34,931 bases of DNA from Deltaproteobacteria bacterium (GTDB lineage Bacteria; Desulfobacterota; Binatia; Bin18): assembly GCA_013140885.1 (NCBI GenBank), contig JABFSC010000778.1:1-34931 (forward strand). Reading direction: 5' to 3'. Made by a program: the position numbers and the translations under genes. Position 1 is the stretch's first letter. Each line of letters begins with the position of its first letter. Shown here piece by piece: positions 21,800 through 31,975 of this stretch. The notes beneath the pieces were generated by a model that was not told where the DNA came from, ran no database searches, and saw only the letters and a program-made list of their open reading frames with translations.

Positions 21800-24102
21800 A
21801 CATGCAGGTCTGGCATCTCACCCCTGAGACTCCGCGTACGCCGTATCATCTCAATGCCGACGAGCGTGCGACACTGCGGATTGGCACGTATCCGATCGAG
21901 CCCGACCACACCGTCTGGGTCGCCCTACAAGTATTTTCTTCCAACGGGAAAGAACGGGCCGACCACGTCGAAGCGCACTGGCTTCAGAATGAAAACAACA
22001 ACAGTTACTGGGAAGCCAAGATCGGTCCGTTTGGGGATGCTGACCGCGTCCTCTACCGCGTCCATGCCCATCACCTCACAGACGAAGTCCAGACTCCACC
22101 GGCGGAATTGACGGTTGGTCCCGCTATTCACCTGGCCTTCCTGTGGCATATGCACCAACCCCTCTATCGTGACTTGAGCCGCACCGATCCGAAGGGAGCG
22201 TATCCAGTGCCGTGGGTGCGACTGCACGGCCTGCGGGATTATTACTCAATGGCTGCCCTGGTGGGCGAGTTTCCTGAAGTGCACCTCACGATCAATCTCG
22301 TGCCTTCTCTACTCTGGCAGATTGAGGATTATACGGAGCGAGGCGCAACCGACACCGCTTTGGAGTTGACCCTCATGCCAGCAGAAACGCTGTCCGCTGA
22401 CGAGCGGGAAATGCTGCTCTCGACCTTCTTCACGGCCGACTGGCATCAGCAAATTTATCCGCATGCCCGGTATCGAACCTTATTTGAGCAACGGGTTCAA
22501 GGCAACGAGTTCACGGTACAGGATCTGCGCGACTTGCAAATGTGGTTTAATCTCGCCTGGTTTGGCCTGGAGTTTCGCACCGCAGCGGTGCGACTGCCTG
22601 ACGGCACTACGGCGTCGGTGAAACGCTTTGTTGAGAAAGGAGCAGGATTCACCGAGGCGGACATCACCGCAATGGTGGCTGAGCAGGACAAGATTTTACG
22701 CAATATCGTGCCGCTCTACCGCCATCTTCAGGACTGTGGACAGATTGAGATCTCGACAACTCCCTTTTATCACCCGATTCTTCCATTGCTGGTCGATACG
22801 GATCATGCCACGCTGGACAAGGAAGGAACGATGCTGCCTGAGCGATTTGCCTGGCCGGAAGATGCTGAGGCGCAGGTGCGGCTGGCGGTCGACGACTACA
22901 CCGCGCGGTTTGGCCGACCACCCACAGGCATGTGGCCAGCCGAAGGTGCAGTCAGCCAAGAAGTCCTCTCTCTGTTTGCTCGTCACGGCATCCAGTGGAT
23001 TGCCAGTGATCAGGGTGTGCTCGCACGCTCAGGGCAATGGGGCTACCAAATCGATAATCCAGATGTGCTCTGTCAAGCGTATCGTGCCGAGGACGAAACC
23101 AGCGGAACGGCTCTCAGCGTGCTCTTTCGCGCCACCGGGCCCTCCGATGCCATCGGGTTTGAGTATGCCGGTTCTCCCAATGAGCAAGTGAGTGCCCAGG
23201 AATTTGTCTCCCGGATCAAGACGCGTTTCGCGTCGCATATCCAGGACCCCACCAACCGGGTGATCAGCGTGATCCTCGACGGGGAGAATGCCTGGGGGGC
23301 GTATCGGGACGACGGACGTCCTTTTTTACGAGCGCTGTACGCCACGCTTGCTGCTGACCCCAGTATTAGGACGGTGACCTTTCAGGAATATCTCGACGGG
23401 AACCCGGCCCGGCATGTCCGCCCACACCCAAGAGCGGAGCACTCGCGAGTGTACGAGTTGTTTTCCGGTTCGTGGATTGATGAGGCTGGGTCCGCCCCTG
23501 GGGTAGATTTTGGCACGTGGATCGGGGAGCCGGAAGAAAATCGTGGGTGGCAGTTGCTCCACCGGACACGAGAATTTCTGGCGAAGACGGGGGTGACGGC
23601 AACCAGTCTGCCGCAAGCGTTCGCGGCGTTATACGCGGCGGAGGGCAGTGACTGGTTTTGGTGGTTCGGGAATGATCAGGATTCTGGCGCTGATGCGGAC
23701 TTTGACGACGATTTCCGGATGCATCTGAAGAGTGTCTATCGGCTCTTGGCGCAGCCATATCCGCACGTATTGGATCAACACATAGTCCCCCGTACGGTTG
23801 TTTGGAGTTTTACTCGACAGGTCCCGATAATCTCCGGGCATGACACGCTTACGATTCGTACCAATTGCGCGGGGACGCTTCGGTGGTGGACGAATGGCGA
23901 CACAAGCCGGCACTCCTTACCGCTCAAACCTCGCGGCGGTGTCATGGCTGGACAACGCGCCTACAGCATCACCCTGGGACCATTTGGGTCTGGCGTGGCC
24001 GAGGTCATGTTTGTCTTTTCGTGTAGTGGAACTCGCTGTGACCGTACCGCCCTCTGCTGCCGGGGCGAGGCGCAGCAGGTCACTGTGCGACAAGTGGATT
24101 AA
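21796..24102 (+). CDS. Glycoside hydrolase family 57 protein (alpha-glucan-active) with N- and C-terminal extra domains
   Basis: GH57-type blocks are LWHMHQPLYRD, WVRLHGLRDYY, EISTTPFYHPILPLL, MWPAEGAVSQEVL, WIASDQGVL, ILDGENAWG and EGSDWFWWFG. ATG 21796 overlaps the upstream stop (ATGA). ATG 21802 is an alternative start with better GAGGA spacing. Confidence 0.85.
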   Translation: MNMQVWHLTPETPRTPYHLNADERATLRIGTYPIEPDHTVWVALQVFSSNGKERADHVEAHWLQNENNNSYWEAKIGPFGDADRVLYRVHAHHLTDEVQTPPAELTVGPAIHLAFLWHMHQPLYRDLSRTDPKGAYPVPWVRLHGLRDYYSMAALVGEFPEVHLTINLVPSLLWQIEDYTERGATDTALELTLMPAETLSADEREMLLSTFFTADWHQQIYPHARYRTLFEQRVQGNEFTVQDLRDLQMWFNLAWFGLEFRTAAVRLPDGTTASVKRFVEKGAGFTEADITAMVAEQDKILRNIVPLYRHLQDCGQIEISTTPFYHPILPLLVDTDHATLDKEGTMLPERFAWPEDAEAQVRLAVDDYTARFGRPPTGMWPAEGAVSQEVLSLFARHGIQWIASDQGVLARSGQWGYQIDNPDVLCQAYRAEDETSGTALSVLFRATGPSDAIGFEYAGSPNEQVSAQEFVSRIKTRFASHIQDPTNRVISVILDGENAWGAYRDDGRPFLRALYATLAADPSIRTVTFQEYLDGNPARHVRPHPRAEHSRVYELFSGSWIDEAGSAPGVDFGTWIGEPEENRGWQLLHRTREFLAKTGVTATSLPQAFAALYAAEGSDWFWWFGNDQDSGADADFDDDFRMHLKSVYRLLAQPYPHVLDQHIVPRTVVWSFTRQVPIISGHDTLTIRTNCAGTLRWWTNGDTSRHSLPLKPRGGVMAGQRAYSITLGPFGSGVAEVMFVFSCSGTRCDRTALCCRGEAQQVTVRQVD

Positions 24103-24114
24103 CGTTGTGAGATT

Positions 24115-25017
24115 ATGTTCTTGAAGCATGGTACGGACATGGCGATGATGTCGGAACATGCAGCGCGAGGAGTCCGTGAAGGCCAGCCCGCCCCTTGGCG
24201 TGGACGACTCTTTCTCTGGGAAGGGCGAGGCCTCTATCTCGGACCGACGTTTGCCACGGACATGCATGCACACCATGCTGCCCAGATCTGTGTCGCGTTA
24301 ACAGGGACGTTTCGACTGCGCAGTGGCCACAATGCGTCGTGGTTCCGTTCCAGATCAATCATCATCCCCGCTGACCACGCTCATCAGCTTGATGGAGAAG
24401 GAGGCGTGTTGAGTCTGCTATTCCTCGATCCGGAAGCAGTCGAAACACGGGCGCTGATGCAACAGCAGGGAGCTGAGGTCCGCACGATTCCAGAGCCCAC
24501 GCTTCGCCGTCTACTCCCTCCACTGCGCCGGTGCTGGAGAGAGCAGTGGGACAACCATGAGAGTGAGATACTCTGCCGCAGGTTCATTCAGATACTCATC
24601 TTCCCCGGAAATGTGCCGCGACCACTCGATCCGCGAATCACACAGGCCGTGCAACTGTTCCGGGCGAACACCGACCGACGCATGACCATTGCGGAGGCCG
24701 CGGCCGCTGTAGCTCTATCCCCGAGCCGCTTGGCGCACCTCTTTCGCGCGCACATGGGGTTGGCCGTTCGACGCTATCTCCTCTGGCTCCGGCTTGCCGA
24801 GGCGTTGCAGAAGATAACCTGCGGCGTATCGCTCACGGTGGCAGCCCATGCCGCCGGATTTGCTGACTCCGCGCATCTGAGTCGGACGTTCCGGCGCATG
24901 TTTGGGCTCGTGCCTTCCATGCTGTCAAGACATAGCACGTTTGTTCAAGCGTCGAGCGGCGAAGCTCCCTATAGTCGCTTAACGAGTTCTCCACTCGTGA
25001 AAGATTATAGGAGGTAG
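24115..25017 (+). CDS. AraC-family transcriptional regulator
   Basis: The C-terminal dual HTH reads MTIAEAAAAVALSPSRLAHLFRAHMGLAVRRYLLWLRLAEAL...VAAHAAGFADSAHLSRTFRRMFGLVPS. Confidence 0.85.
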   Translation: MFLKHGTDMAMMSEHAARGVREGQPAPWRGRLFLWEGRGLYLGPTFATDMHAHHAAQICVALTGTFRLRSGHNASWFRSRSIIIPADHAHQLDGEGGVLSLLFLDPEAVETRALMQQQGAEVRTIPEPTLRRLLPPLRRCWREQWDNHESEILCRRFIQILIFPGNVPRPLDPRITQAVQLFRANTDRRMTIAEAAAAVALSPSRLAHLFRAHMGLAVRRYLLWLRLAEALQKITCGVSLTVAAHAAGFADSAHLSRTFRRMFGLVPSMLSRHSTFVQASSGEAPYSRLTSSPLVKDYRR

Positions 25018-25019
25018 AC

Positions 25020-25679
25020 ATGCAAGAGCACAGACGATCATACGTTCCTGCCCTGGGGTTTCATTGGTTGACGCGCATGTATGATCCCGTGGTTGCCGTT
25101 CTGCTCAAGGAAGAGAAATTTAAGCGGGCGTTGGTCAACCAGGCCGGTCTCAAGCCAGGTCATCGGGTGCTGGATCTTGGTTGCGGAACAGGCTCGCTCA
25201 CGATCATGCTGAAACGCGCCTGTCCTACCGCAACCGTTGTGGGGCTCGACGGAGACCCGGCAGTTTTAGCTATTGCTCGCGCGAAAATAGCCGCTGCGGA
25301 TGTGCACGTCGAGTTGCAGGAAGGGTTGGCCTTCGCGCCACCGTTCGCACCCGCATCCTTTGACCGTGTCGTATCGAGCTTAGTTTTTCATCATCTCACC
25401 ACGGAAGACAAACGCCGCAGCCTCGCGCGGGTGCGTGAGTTACTTCGTCCCGGAGGGGAACTGCACATCACTGACTGGGGACAGGCGCAGAATCCGCTCA
25501 TGCGTCTTGCCTTCCTCAGCGTTCAGGCGCTGGATGGATTTCGGACGACAACGGACAATGTGCGTGGGCGCCTGATCTCATTTATGCAAGAAGCTGGTTT
25601 TACTGAAGTCGCCGAGACGCACCGTGCAATGACACCGCTGGGGACGCTCTCGCGCTACCGGGCGATTGCGCCAACGTGA
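25020..25679 (+). CDS. Class I SAM-dependent methyltransferase
   Basis: AGGAGG lies upstream of the ATG. Motif I is VLDLGCGTGSLT, with post-I LDGD and VVSSLVFHHL. Confidence 0.8.
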   Translation: MQEHRRSYVPALGFHWLTRMYDPVVAVLLKEEKFKRALVNQAGLKPGHRVLDLGCGTGSLTIMLKRACPTATVVGLDGDPAVLAIARAKIAAADVHVELQEGLAFAPPFAPASFDRVVSSLVFHHLTTEDKRRSLARVRELLRPGGELHITDWGQAQNPLMRLAFLSVQALDGFRTTTDNVRGRLISFMQEAGFTEVAETHRAMTPLGTLSRYRAIAPT

Positions 25680-25739
25680 AGAGAGAAAATCCCGAGCGTG
25701 AGGGAGCCATCCTCGGATGACGCGGGAGGAGAAATACGT

Positions 25740-26105
25740 ATGAGTGACCACGAAGTAAATAGGCACATCGAGATGTCCAACGTGCCTCATGGTCCTCCTG
25801 ACAGAGGCGGGCAGGCAGTGAACGATCCGGTCTGCGGCATGGAAGTGAATCCAGTGACCACGGTTCACACGCATGAGTACGGTGGGCAGAGATATTTTTT
25901 CTGTAGCAGTCAATGCTTGGCGAAATTTCGCGTGGAACCCAGCAAATATCTGGTCTCTGCTGTCGAGCCCTCTACGGTTGTTACCGCACCCGACAACACA
26001 GGGCAACCAGCAGTGGCAACCGACGCTAGGTACTCATGCATCCTGAAATTCGTCACAAAGAGCCAGGAGCCTGTCCGCGGTGTGGCATGGCGCTCGAACC
26101 TGTGA
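25740..26105 (+). CDS. TRASH/YHS-domain ORF, apparently the detached N-terminus of the downstream Cu ATPase
   Basis: GGGAGGAG lies 8 nt before ATG 25740. The ORF contains CGMEV...YFFCSSQC, as in copy 1. Homology ends at ...ARYSC, after which the frame runs out of register to a stop at 26105. Confidence 0.6.
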   Translation: MSDHEVNRHIEMSNVPHGPPDRGGQAVNDPVCGMEVNPVTTVHTHEYGGQRYFFCSSQCLAKFRVEPSKYLVSAVEPSTVVTAPDNTGQPAVATDARYSCILKFVTKSQEPVRGVAWRSNL

Positions 26106-28246
26106 CACCGAGTACTTTTCCCGCCAAGACAGAATACGTATGCCCGATGCATCCAGACATCGTGCGCATGGAGCCAGAAAACTGTTCCATCTGTGGAATG
26201 GCGCTCGAACCCCGCACAGTGACCGGCGAAGAGGAAGTCAATCCAGAACTGTCAGATATGACCCGCCGCTTCTGGGTCAGCTTCGGACTGACACTGCCCG
26301 TGCTCCTTTTGGCGATGTCAGAGATGGTGCCGGGCCGTCCGGTGCAGCATGTGCTGTCCGCGCGCGTGCTAGTGTGGATTCAGCTTGCCTTTGCTACTCC
26401 GGTCGTACTCTGGGGCGGGTGGCCATTTTTCCAGCGAGGATGGCTGTCCCTCGTCAACCGCAGTCTCAATATGTTTACCCTGATCGCGATCGGCACGGGC
26501 ACTGCCTATGTCTACAGCGTGATCGTGACTCTCTTCCCAGCGCTCTTTCCCGATTCCTTTCGCGTGCATAGCGGAGAGGTCGCGGTGTATTTCGAGGCGG
26601 CAGCGGTGATCACGGCACTTGTCCTTTTGGGACAAGTGCTCGAACTGCGGGCACGCAGCCAAACCAGTAGTGCTATCAAAGCCCTCCTCAGCCTTGCTCC
26701 CAAAACCGCCCGTATGCTTCGGGATGACCGGACGGAGGAAGATGTTCCTCTTGATCGTGTTCAGCCAGGGAACCGACTGCGGGTCCGCCCCGGAGAGAAG
26801 GTGCCGGTGGATGGTGTGGTCCTTGAAGGCACGAGTGCCGTCGATGAATCGATGGTGACAGGAGAACCGATCCCCGTGGAGAAGACGCCCGGCGTTCGTG
26901 TGACTGGTGGCACGGTCAACGGTACGGGCAGTTTGGTCATGCGCGCGGAGCGGGTCGGCAGTGACACGCTGCTCGCGCAGATCGTACACATGGTGGGCGA
27001 AGCCCAGCGCAGCCGCGCGCCCATTCAACGATTAGCGGATGTCGTTGCCGCGTACTTTGTTCCGATAGTCGTCATTGTCGCAATCGTGACCTTCGGGGCA
27101 TGGGCGTTCTACGGTCCAGAGCCGCGCATGGCATACGCCTTGGTGAATGCGGTGGCTGTGCTTATCATCGCCTGTCCGTGCGCGGTAGGATTGGCGACGC
27201 CAATGTCGATCATGGTGGGAACGGGGCGCGGCGCCATGGCTGGGGTGTTGATCAAGAATGCGGAGGCGCTCGAAGCGTTGGAGAAAGTCGACACCCTCGT
27301 GGTGGACAAAACCGGCACACTCACCGAAGGCAAACCTCGCTTGACCTCGGTCGTTCCCTTGCCAGGACAAGGCGAGGGTGAACTCCTGCGATTAGCAGCG
27401 AGCCTTGAACGGGGAAGTGAACATCCCCTGGCCGCCGCCATTGTCGCCGAAGCACAAGCGAGAGGTGTGCAGCTCGCTGACGTTAGAGACTTTCAGTCTC
27501 GTACGGGCAAAGGCGTGGTCGGTACGGTAAGCGGTCGCGGTGTAGCCCTTGGGAATCGCAAGCTCTTTGAAGAACTCGCGGTTGACCTGCAGGGTCTTCC
27601 TGAGCAGGCTGAAGTCCTGCGCCGGGATGGACACACAGTGATGTTTGTCGCCCTGAACGGACACGCAGCCGGACTGCTTGGCGTGGCTGATCCGATTAAG
27701 GTATCCACCGCTGAGGCTCTCCAACAGTTACGCGAGGAAGGCGTTCATGTCGTGATGGTCACCGGTGACAGCCGCACGACCGCCGAGGCCGTGGCTCGTA
27801 CATTAGGGATTGACGCCGTCGAGGCCGAAATCCTGCCTCAACAGAAGGGCGAGATCGTGAAGCGACTGCAAGCGGAGGGGCACGTGGTGGCGATGGCCGG
27901 GGATGGCGTCAATGATGCTCCCGCCCTGGCACAGGCGCAGGTGGGAATCGCCATGGGCACGGGCACGGACGTCGCGATGGAAAGTGCCGGCGTGACGCTC
28001 GTGAAGGGGGACTTACGCGGAATCGTGCGTGCTCGCAGGCTCAGCCGAGGCACCATGCGCAATATCCGACAGAATCTGTTCTTTGCCTTTATCTATAATG
28101 CGCTCGGTGTCCCGATTGCAGCGGGCGTGCTCTATCCGATGTTCGGGCTCCTGCTAAGTCCGATGATCGCGAGCGCGGCTATGACGTTTAGCTCTGTGTC
28201 GGTGATCGCCAACGCACTGCGATTGCGTACACTGACACTCTCATAG
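26036..28246 (+). CDS. copA: Cu(I)/Ag(I) P1B-1-type ATPase, copy 2 (N-terminally severed; possibly a pseudogene or a split gene)
   Basis: Motifs are [41 protein letters not shown] and MTFSSVS. The listed ATG is the Met of a CPMHP motif whose Cys-Pro are missing. A second, intact module is present ([24 protein letters not shown]). Confidence 0.85.
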   Translation: MHPEIRHKEPGACPRCGMALEPVTPSTFPAKTEYVCPMHPDIVRMEPENCSICGMALEPRTVTGEEEVNPELSDMTRRFWVSFGLTLPVLLLAMSEMVPGRPVQHVLSARVLVWIQLAFATPVVLWGGWPFFQRGWLSLVNRSLNMFTLIAIGTGTAYVYSVIVTLFPALFPDSFRVHSGEVAVYFEAAAVITALVLLGQVLELRARSQTSSAIKALLSLAPKTARMLRDDRTEEDVPLDRVQPGNRLRVRPGEKVPVDGVVLEGTSAVDESMVTGEPIPVEKTPGVRVTGGTVNGTGSLVMRAERVGSDTLLAQIVHMVGEAQRSRAPIQRLADVVAAYFVPIVVIVAIVTFGAWAFYGPEPRMAYALVNAVAVLIIACPCAVGLATPMSIMVGTGRGAMAGVLIKNAEALEALEKVDTLVVDKTGTLTEGKPRLTSVVPLPGQGEGELLRLAASLERGSEHPLAAAIVAEAQARGVQLADVRDFQSRTGKGVVGTVSGRGVALGNRKLFEELAVDLQGLPEQAEVLRRDGHTVMFVALNGHAAGLLGVADPIKVSTAEALQQLREEGVHVVMVTGDSRTTAEAVARTLGIDAVEAEILPQQKGEIVKRLQAEGHVVAMAGDGVNDAPALAQAQVGIAMGTGTDVAMESAGVTLVKGDLRGIVRARRLSRGTMRNIRQNLFFAFIYNALGVPIAAGVLYPMFGLLLSPMIASAAMTFSSVSVIANALRLRTLTLS

Positions 28247-28327
28247 CGGTTGACAATCCACCTGCACTGGATCACGTGCGACTTTCCTTTTGCCAGGGTG
28301 TTTGAGAACACGAAAGGAACATGTTTT

Positions 28328-28660
28328 ATGAAGACACGATTTCTGACTGGTATTCTGGGCACGATTTTTTCTACAACGCTAATCCTTGCGGCTCCAGTTT
28401 TTGCGCACGACTCCCGCCGTGGCGATGGAGACGTCGATCGCCACGATTCTTATGGAACCCCGGGTGACTACGGCTATGATCAGGGCGGACGCAGGGGGCA
28501 TGACTATCCTTATGATGGATATGGAGACCGCACCTATGCGAGTCCGTATTCTTACCGCGACTCCCCTAACGGTTACGACCATTCCGCGGGCACTCGCGGG
28601 GACAGAGGCAAAGACGCCCGACATCATCGCCGCGGACACCAGCATCATCACGGGCGCTAA
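28328..28660 (+). CDS. Secreted Asp/Gly/Tyr/Arg/His-rich low-complexity protein with a His-rich C-terminus
   Basis: AAGGA lies upstream of ATG 28328. The signal peptide is MKTRFLTGILGTIFSTTLILAAPVFA. The mature part reads HDSRRGDGDVDRHDSYGTPGDYGYDQGGRRGHDYPYDGYGDRTY...HHRRGHQHHHGR. Confidence 0.65.
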   Translation: MKTRFLTGILGTIFSTTLILAAPVFAHDSRRGDGDVDRHDSYGTPGDYGYDQGGRRGHDYPYDGYGDRTYASPYSYRDSPNGYDHSAGTRGDRGKDARHHRRGHQHHHGR

Positions 28661-29149
28661 GATGGACGGAGGAGACCGTTCCACACTGTTTCGATAGGGC
28701 ATCGGACATCGTCGGGTCCTCAGCGCGGTGTTGCGACCGCGCGACACACTCCTCCAATTTCCAATTTTTTGATCTGTTGCAAGCTGACCCTGATCCATGC
28801 GCTTTCCTTCGTGATTACCACTTGTCCGGTGGCATGGAGAACGCCCTACCATTCAGTGTCCTGCGGGTCGAGTTGTTTGCGCCAACGCCAACGGAATCGG
28901 TGACATGCGTGAGCTGCTGATTCCGGTAGCCGATCATAACCTTGGTTCGTTCGGCCATCCCCGCATGCACGGCATGTTATCCCAGCATCAGACAGAACTC
29001 TGAGTTAAAAGCATTGGCTGGCACGCTGCCCCGTGGTCTGTAACGGTGACGGGAAATGGCAGGCTCCTACCGTGATCACGACGGTGTCAGGTGCTGTCGG
29101 CAATGACAGATACGTTCAGCGATCCCCCCCCTTCGCCCAGTACCGCTGC

Positions 29150-31573
29150 TTATGCTGCCGCTTCTGGCTGCTGCATGCGCTGGCGTTCCAGCGCGACAAT
29201 GTCTTGGGTCGTTTTCAGCACGGTATCCGGGTTCAGCGACATGCTATCGATACCACAGGTCACCAAGAAGCGGGCGAATTCTGGGTAGTCACTGGGCGCC
29301 TGTCCGCAGATTCCCACTTTGCGACCACACGCTTGCGCGCGACGGATCACGTCTTGCACCAAGCGCATCACGGCCGCATTGCGTTCGTCAAACAGATGCG
29401 CCACGATCGCGGAATCTCTATCCAAACCAAGTGTGAGTTGCGTGAGGTCATTCGAGCCAATCGAGAACCCATCAAAAATCCGGGCGAATTCTTCCGTGAG
29501 AATAACGTTGGCGGGGATCTCGCACATGACGTACACCTCAAGGCCATGCTCGCCACGGCGCAAACCTGCTTCCGCCATGACCGACAGGACCTTTTCGCCC
29601 TCCGCAACCGTGCGACAGAACGGGACCATCAATTTGACGTTGCTCAGTCCCATCTCCTCCCGCACTTTTTTCATCGCCCGACACTCCAGCAGAAACCCCT
29701 CGCGATAGCGGGGATCGTAATAGCGTGACGCGCCACGAAAACCGATCATGGGGTTCTCTTCCCGCGGCTCGAATCCCTCGCCCCCGAGAAGGCCGGCATA
29801 TTCATTGGTCTTGAAATCGGAGAGTCGGACGATCACCTCTTTCGGGTAGAACGCCGCGGCGATCTGTCCCACCCCTTCCGCAAGACGATCGACGAAATAG
29901 GTAGGTTTCTGTGGATAGGCGCGGGTCAACTGTGCGATTTTGTCCTTGGCTGGACTCGCTGGCAGCGTGTCGAAATGTATTAACGCCAGCGGATGCACCT
30001 GAATCGCACTGGAGATAATAAACTCTACGCGCGCTAGACCCACACCATCATTGGGCAGGAACGACAGGGAGAACGCCTGGTCCGGATTCCCGACGTTCAG
30101 CATGATTTTGGTACGAGGACGTGGAAGATTTTCAACATTGAGTGTCTGACGGGTAAACTTCAGTGCTCCATCGTATACTGTTCCCACCTCACCCTCGGCG
30201 CAGGAGACCGTCACTACCTGACCAAGTCGCAAGGTAGCAGTTCCGGTCTCGGTGCCAACGATGCACGGCACCCCCAACTCGCGGCTGACAATGGCGGCAT
30301 GGCAAGTGCGGCCACCGCGGTTTGTCACAATCGCCGCCGCCATTTTCATGGTCGGTTCCCAGTCCGGGTCCGTCATATCGGCCACGAGGACCTCACCTGG
30401 GCGAAAAGCCTGGAGTTCGGTGACGGACTGGATGATCCGTACGGGTCCCGCGCCGATCTTCTCGCCGACACTCTTGCCAGTGAGCAAGACCGTGCCACGT
30501 TTCTCTAGATGGTAGGTGTCCAACGTGGCCTTGCGCGTCAACGCATGCACGGTCTCTGGCCGCGCTTGCAGAATGAACAGGTGTCCGGTCCGCCCATCCT
30601 TGGCCCACTCGATGTCCATCGGCATGGGATGGCCTGCCTTACGAGAGTAGTGCTGTTCGATCAGACATCCCCAGCGCGCCAGGGTAAGCACCTCATCATC
30701 GGTGAGGCTCAAGCGCTCGCGCTCTTCTGTTGGCACCGGGACGATGCGAGTCGAGCGCCCGCCGCGCGTGGCGTACACTAATTTTTCCTGCTTCGCGCCG
30801 ACAGCGCGTCTGAGAATCGGTCGCAGTCCGTGTTGCAAAGTCGGTTTGAACACCAGAAACTCATCCGGATCGACGCGCCCTTTGACGACACTTTCCCCCA
30901 AGCCGTAGGAGCTGTTGATCAGCACCACATCGGGAAAGCCGCTTTCTGTTTCGAGCGTAAAGAGAACACCGGCCGCACCGATGTCAGAGCGCACCATCTG
31001 TTGGACCCCGATGGAGAGGGCGACGGCGAAATGATCGAAGCCCTTGTCCACGCGATAAGAAATCGCGCGGTCGGTAAACAACGACGCCAGACACTGCTGG
31101 CACGCGTCGAATAACGCTCGCTCGCCCCGGATGTTGAGAAAGGATTCCTGTTGCCCGGCAAAGCTCGCATCCGGCAAATCTTCCGCGGTCGCGCTCGAAC
31201 GCACGGCGACATCGGTCTCGGCGCCATATTCGGCGCAGAGCGTGGTATACGCCTCGCCAATCTCTTGCTGTAAATCGCTGGGGAGTGGTGTGGCCAGGAT
31301 CGCCTCACGCACCCGCCGCCCGCGCTCGGCGAGATTGCCCAGATCATTGGTATCAAGATCGGCGAGAATCGTCCGTATGCGGTGAGCAAGGCCACCCACG
31401 GTCAGCACATGGCGATACCCATCGGCGGTCACCGCGAACCCATTCGGAATCCTGATGCCCTGCGCAATGAGTTCACGTGACATTTCGCCGAGCGAAGCAT
31501 TCTTCCCGCCGACGATACCAACATCTGAAATCGTGAGGTCGCGAAACCACCGAATAAAACGTGTTGTTGCCAT
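29150..31573 (-). CDS. ppsA: Phosphoenolpyruvate synthase (pyruvate, water dikinase)
   Basis: The N-terminus is [31 protein letters not shown], the phospho-His loop is [21 protein letters not shown], and the C-terminal PEP-utilising domain has GSNDLTQ. The start was set at the internal ATG (31571-31573), preceded by GGAGGAG on the - strand, rather than the 31651 ORF start. Confidence 0.92.
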   Translation of the reverse strand: MATTRFIRWFRDLTISDVGIVGGKNASLGEMSRELIAQGIRIPNGFAVTADGYRHVLTVGGLAHRIRTILADLDTNDLGNLAERGRRVREAILATPLPSDLQQEIGEAYTTLCAEYGAETDVAVRSSATAEDLPDASFAGQQESFLNIRGERALFDACQQCLASLFTDRAISYRVDKGFDHFAVALSIGVQQMVRSDIGAAGVLFTLETESGFPDVVLINSSYGLGESVVKGRVDPDEFLVFKPTLQHGLRPILRRAVGAKQEKLVYATRGGRSTRIVPVPTEERERLSLTDDEVLTLARWGCLIEQHYSRKAGHPMPMDIEWAKDGRTGHLFILQARPETVHALTRKATLDTYHLEKRGTVLLTGKSVGEKIGAGPVRIIQSVTELQAFRPGEVLVADMTDPDWEPTMKMAAAIVTNRGGRTCHAAIVSRELGVPCIVGTETGTATLRLGQVVTVSCAEGEVGTVYDGALKFTRQTLNVENLPRPRTKIMLNVGNPDQAFSLSFLPNDGVGLARVEFIISSAIQVHPLALIHFDTLPASPAKDKIAQLTRAYPQKPTYFVDRLAEGVGQIAAAFYPKEVIVRLSDFKTNEYAGLLGGEGFEPREENPMIGFRGASRYYDPRYREGFLLECRAMKKVREEMGLSNVKLMVPFCRTVAEGEKVLSVMAEAGLRRGEHGLEVYVMCEIPANVILTEEFARIFDGFSIGSNDLTQLTLGLDRDSAIVAHLFDERNAAVMRLVQDVIRRAQACGRKVGICGQAPSDYPEFARFLVTCGIDSMSLNPDTVLKTTQDIVALERQRMQQPEAAA

Positions 31574-31975
31574 ACGACTCCTCCAACCGTGCCCATGCTG
31601 TGGGCTGTGAGGTGATGATGAACGGTCGCAGTCAAACTTCAGCAATAACAATGCCGACCAGCAGTGTATAAGCGTACACAGAGGGGAGAGGAAAAAGAGA
31701 ACGGGAGAAGCTCCTTACCGTCGGAATCTTCGGATGAAGATGACAAAAAAGAGTCGTTGCCGTGTTCTCACACTAGAGAAAGGGCACGATACATCTTCTC
31801 ATTTCCGGGAAATAGAGAAAGATAATCCCGACGCGCTCGCGGCAAGACGGATATCCGCTAACAGGGGCAGCGGGAGGGACGGTGCGATATCCCGCAATAA
31901 GGACGGGCATTTTACCGCTAATTTCACGTTGAACAGGGTGTTTCAGTCGGTGCGCGGTCGGTAGAATTTCCGTAA

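Noticed and set aside
26030-26105. Programmed -1 ribosomal frameshift joining the TRASH ORF to the copA copy 2 frame.
   Set aside because: The conserved residues on the two sides are encoded by physically overlapping nucleotides (tgc and atg share 26037-26038). A simple -1 slip therefore cannot regenerate the CPMHP motif, and I saw no X_XXY_YYZ slippery heptamer. A 7-nt deletion explains the data better. It is kept only as a remote alternative.
28850-29149. Possible transposase or integrase remnant in the gap between the His-rich gene and the ppsA 3' end.
   Set aside because: Translations in all frames give only short peptides (e.g. MRELLIPVADHNLGSFGHPRMHGMLSQHQTEL) that I cannot assign to any IS or integrase family. 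No terminal inverted repeats were seen.
29033-29728. 231-aa ORF on the + strand overlapping the ppsA 3' end.
   Set aside because: It is a shadow ORF opposite the strongly supported ppsA coding sequence.
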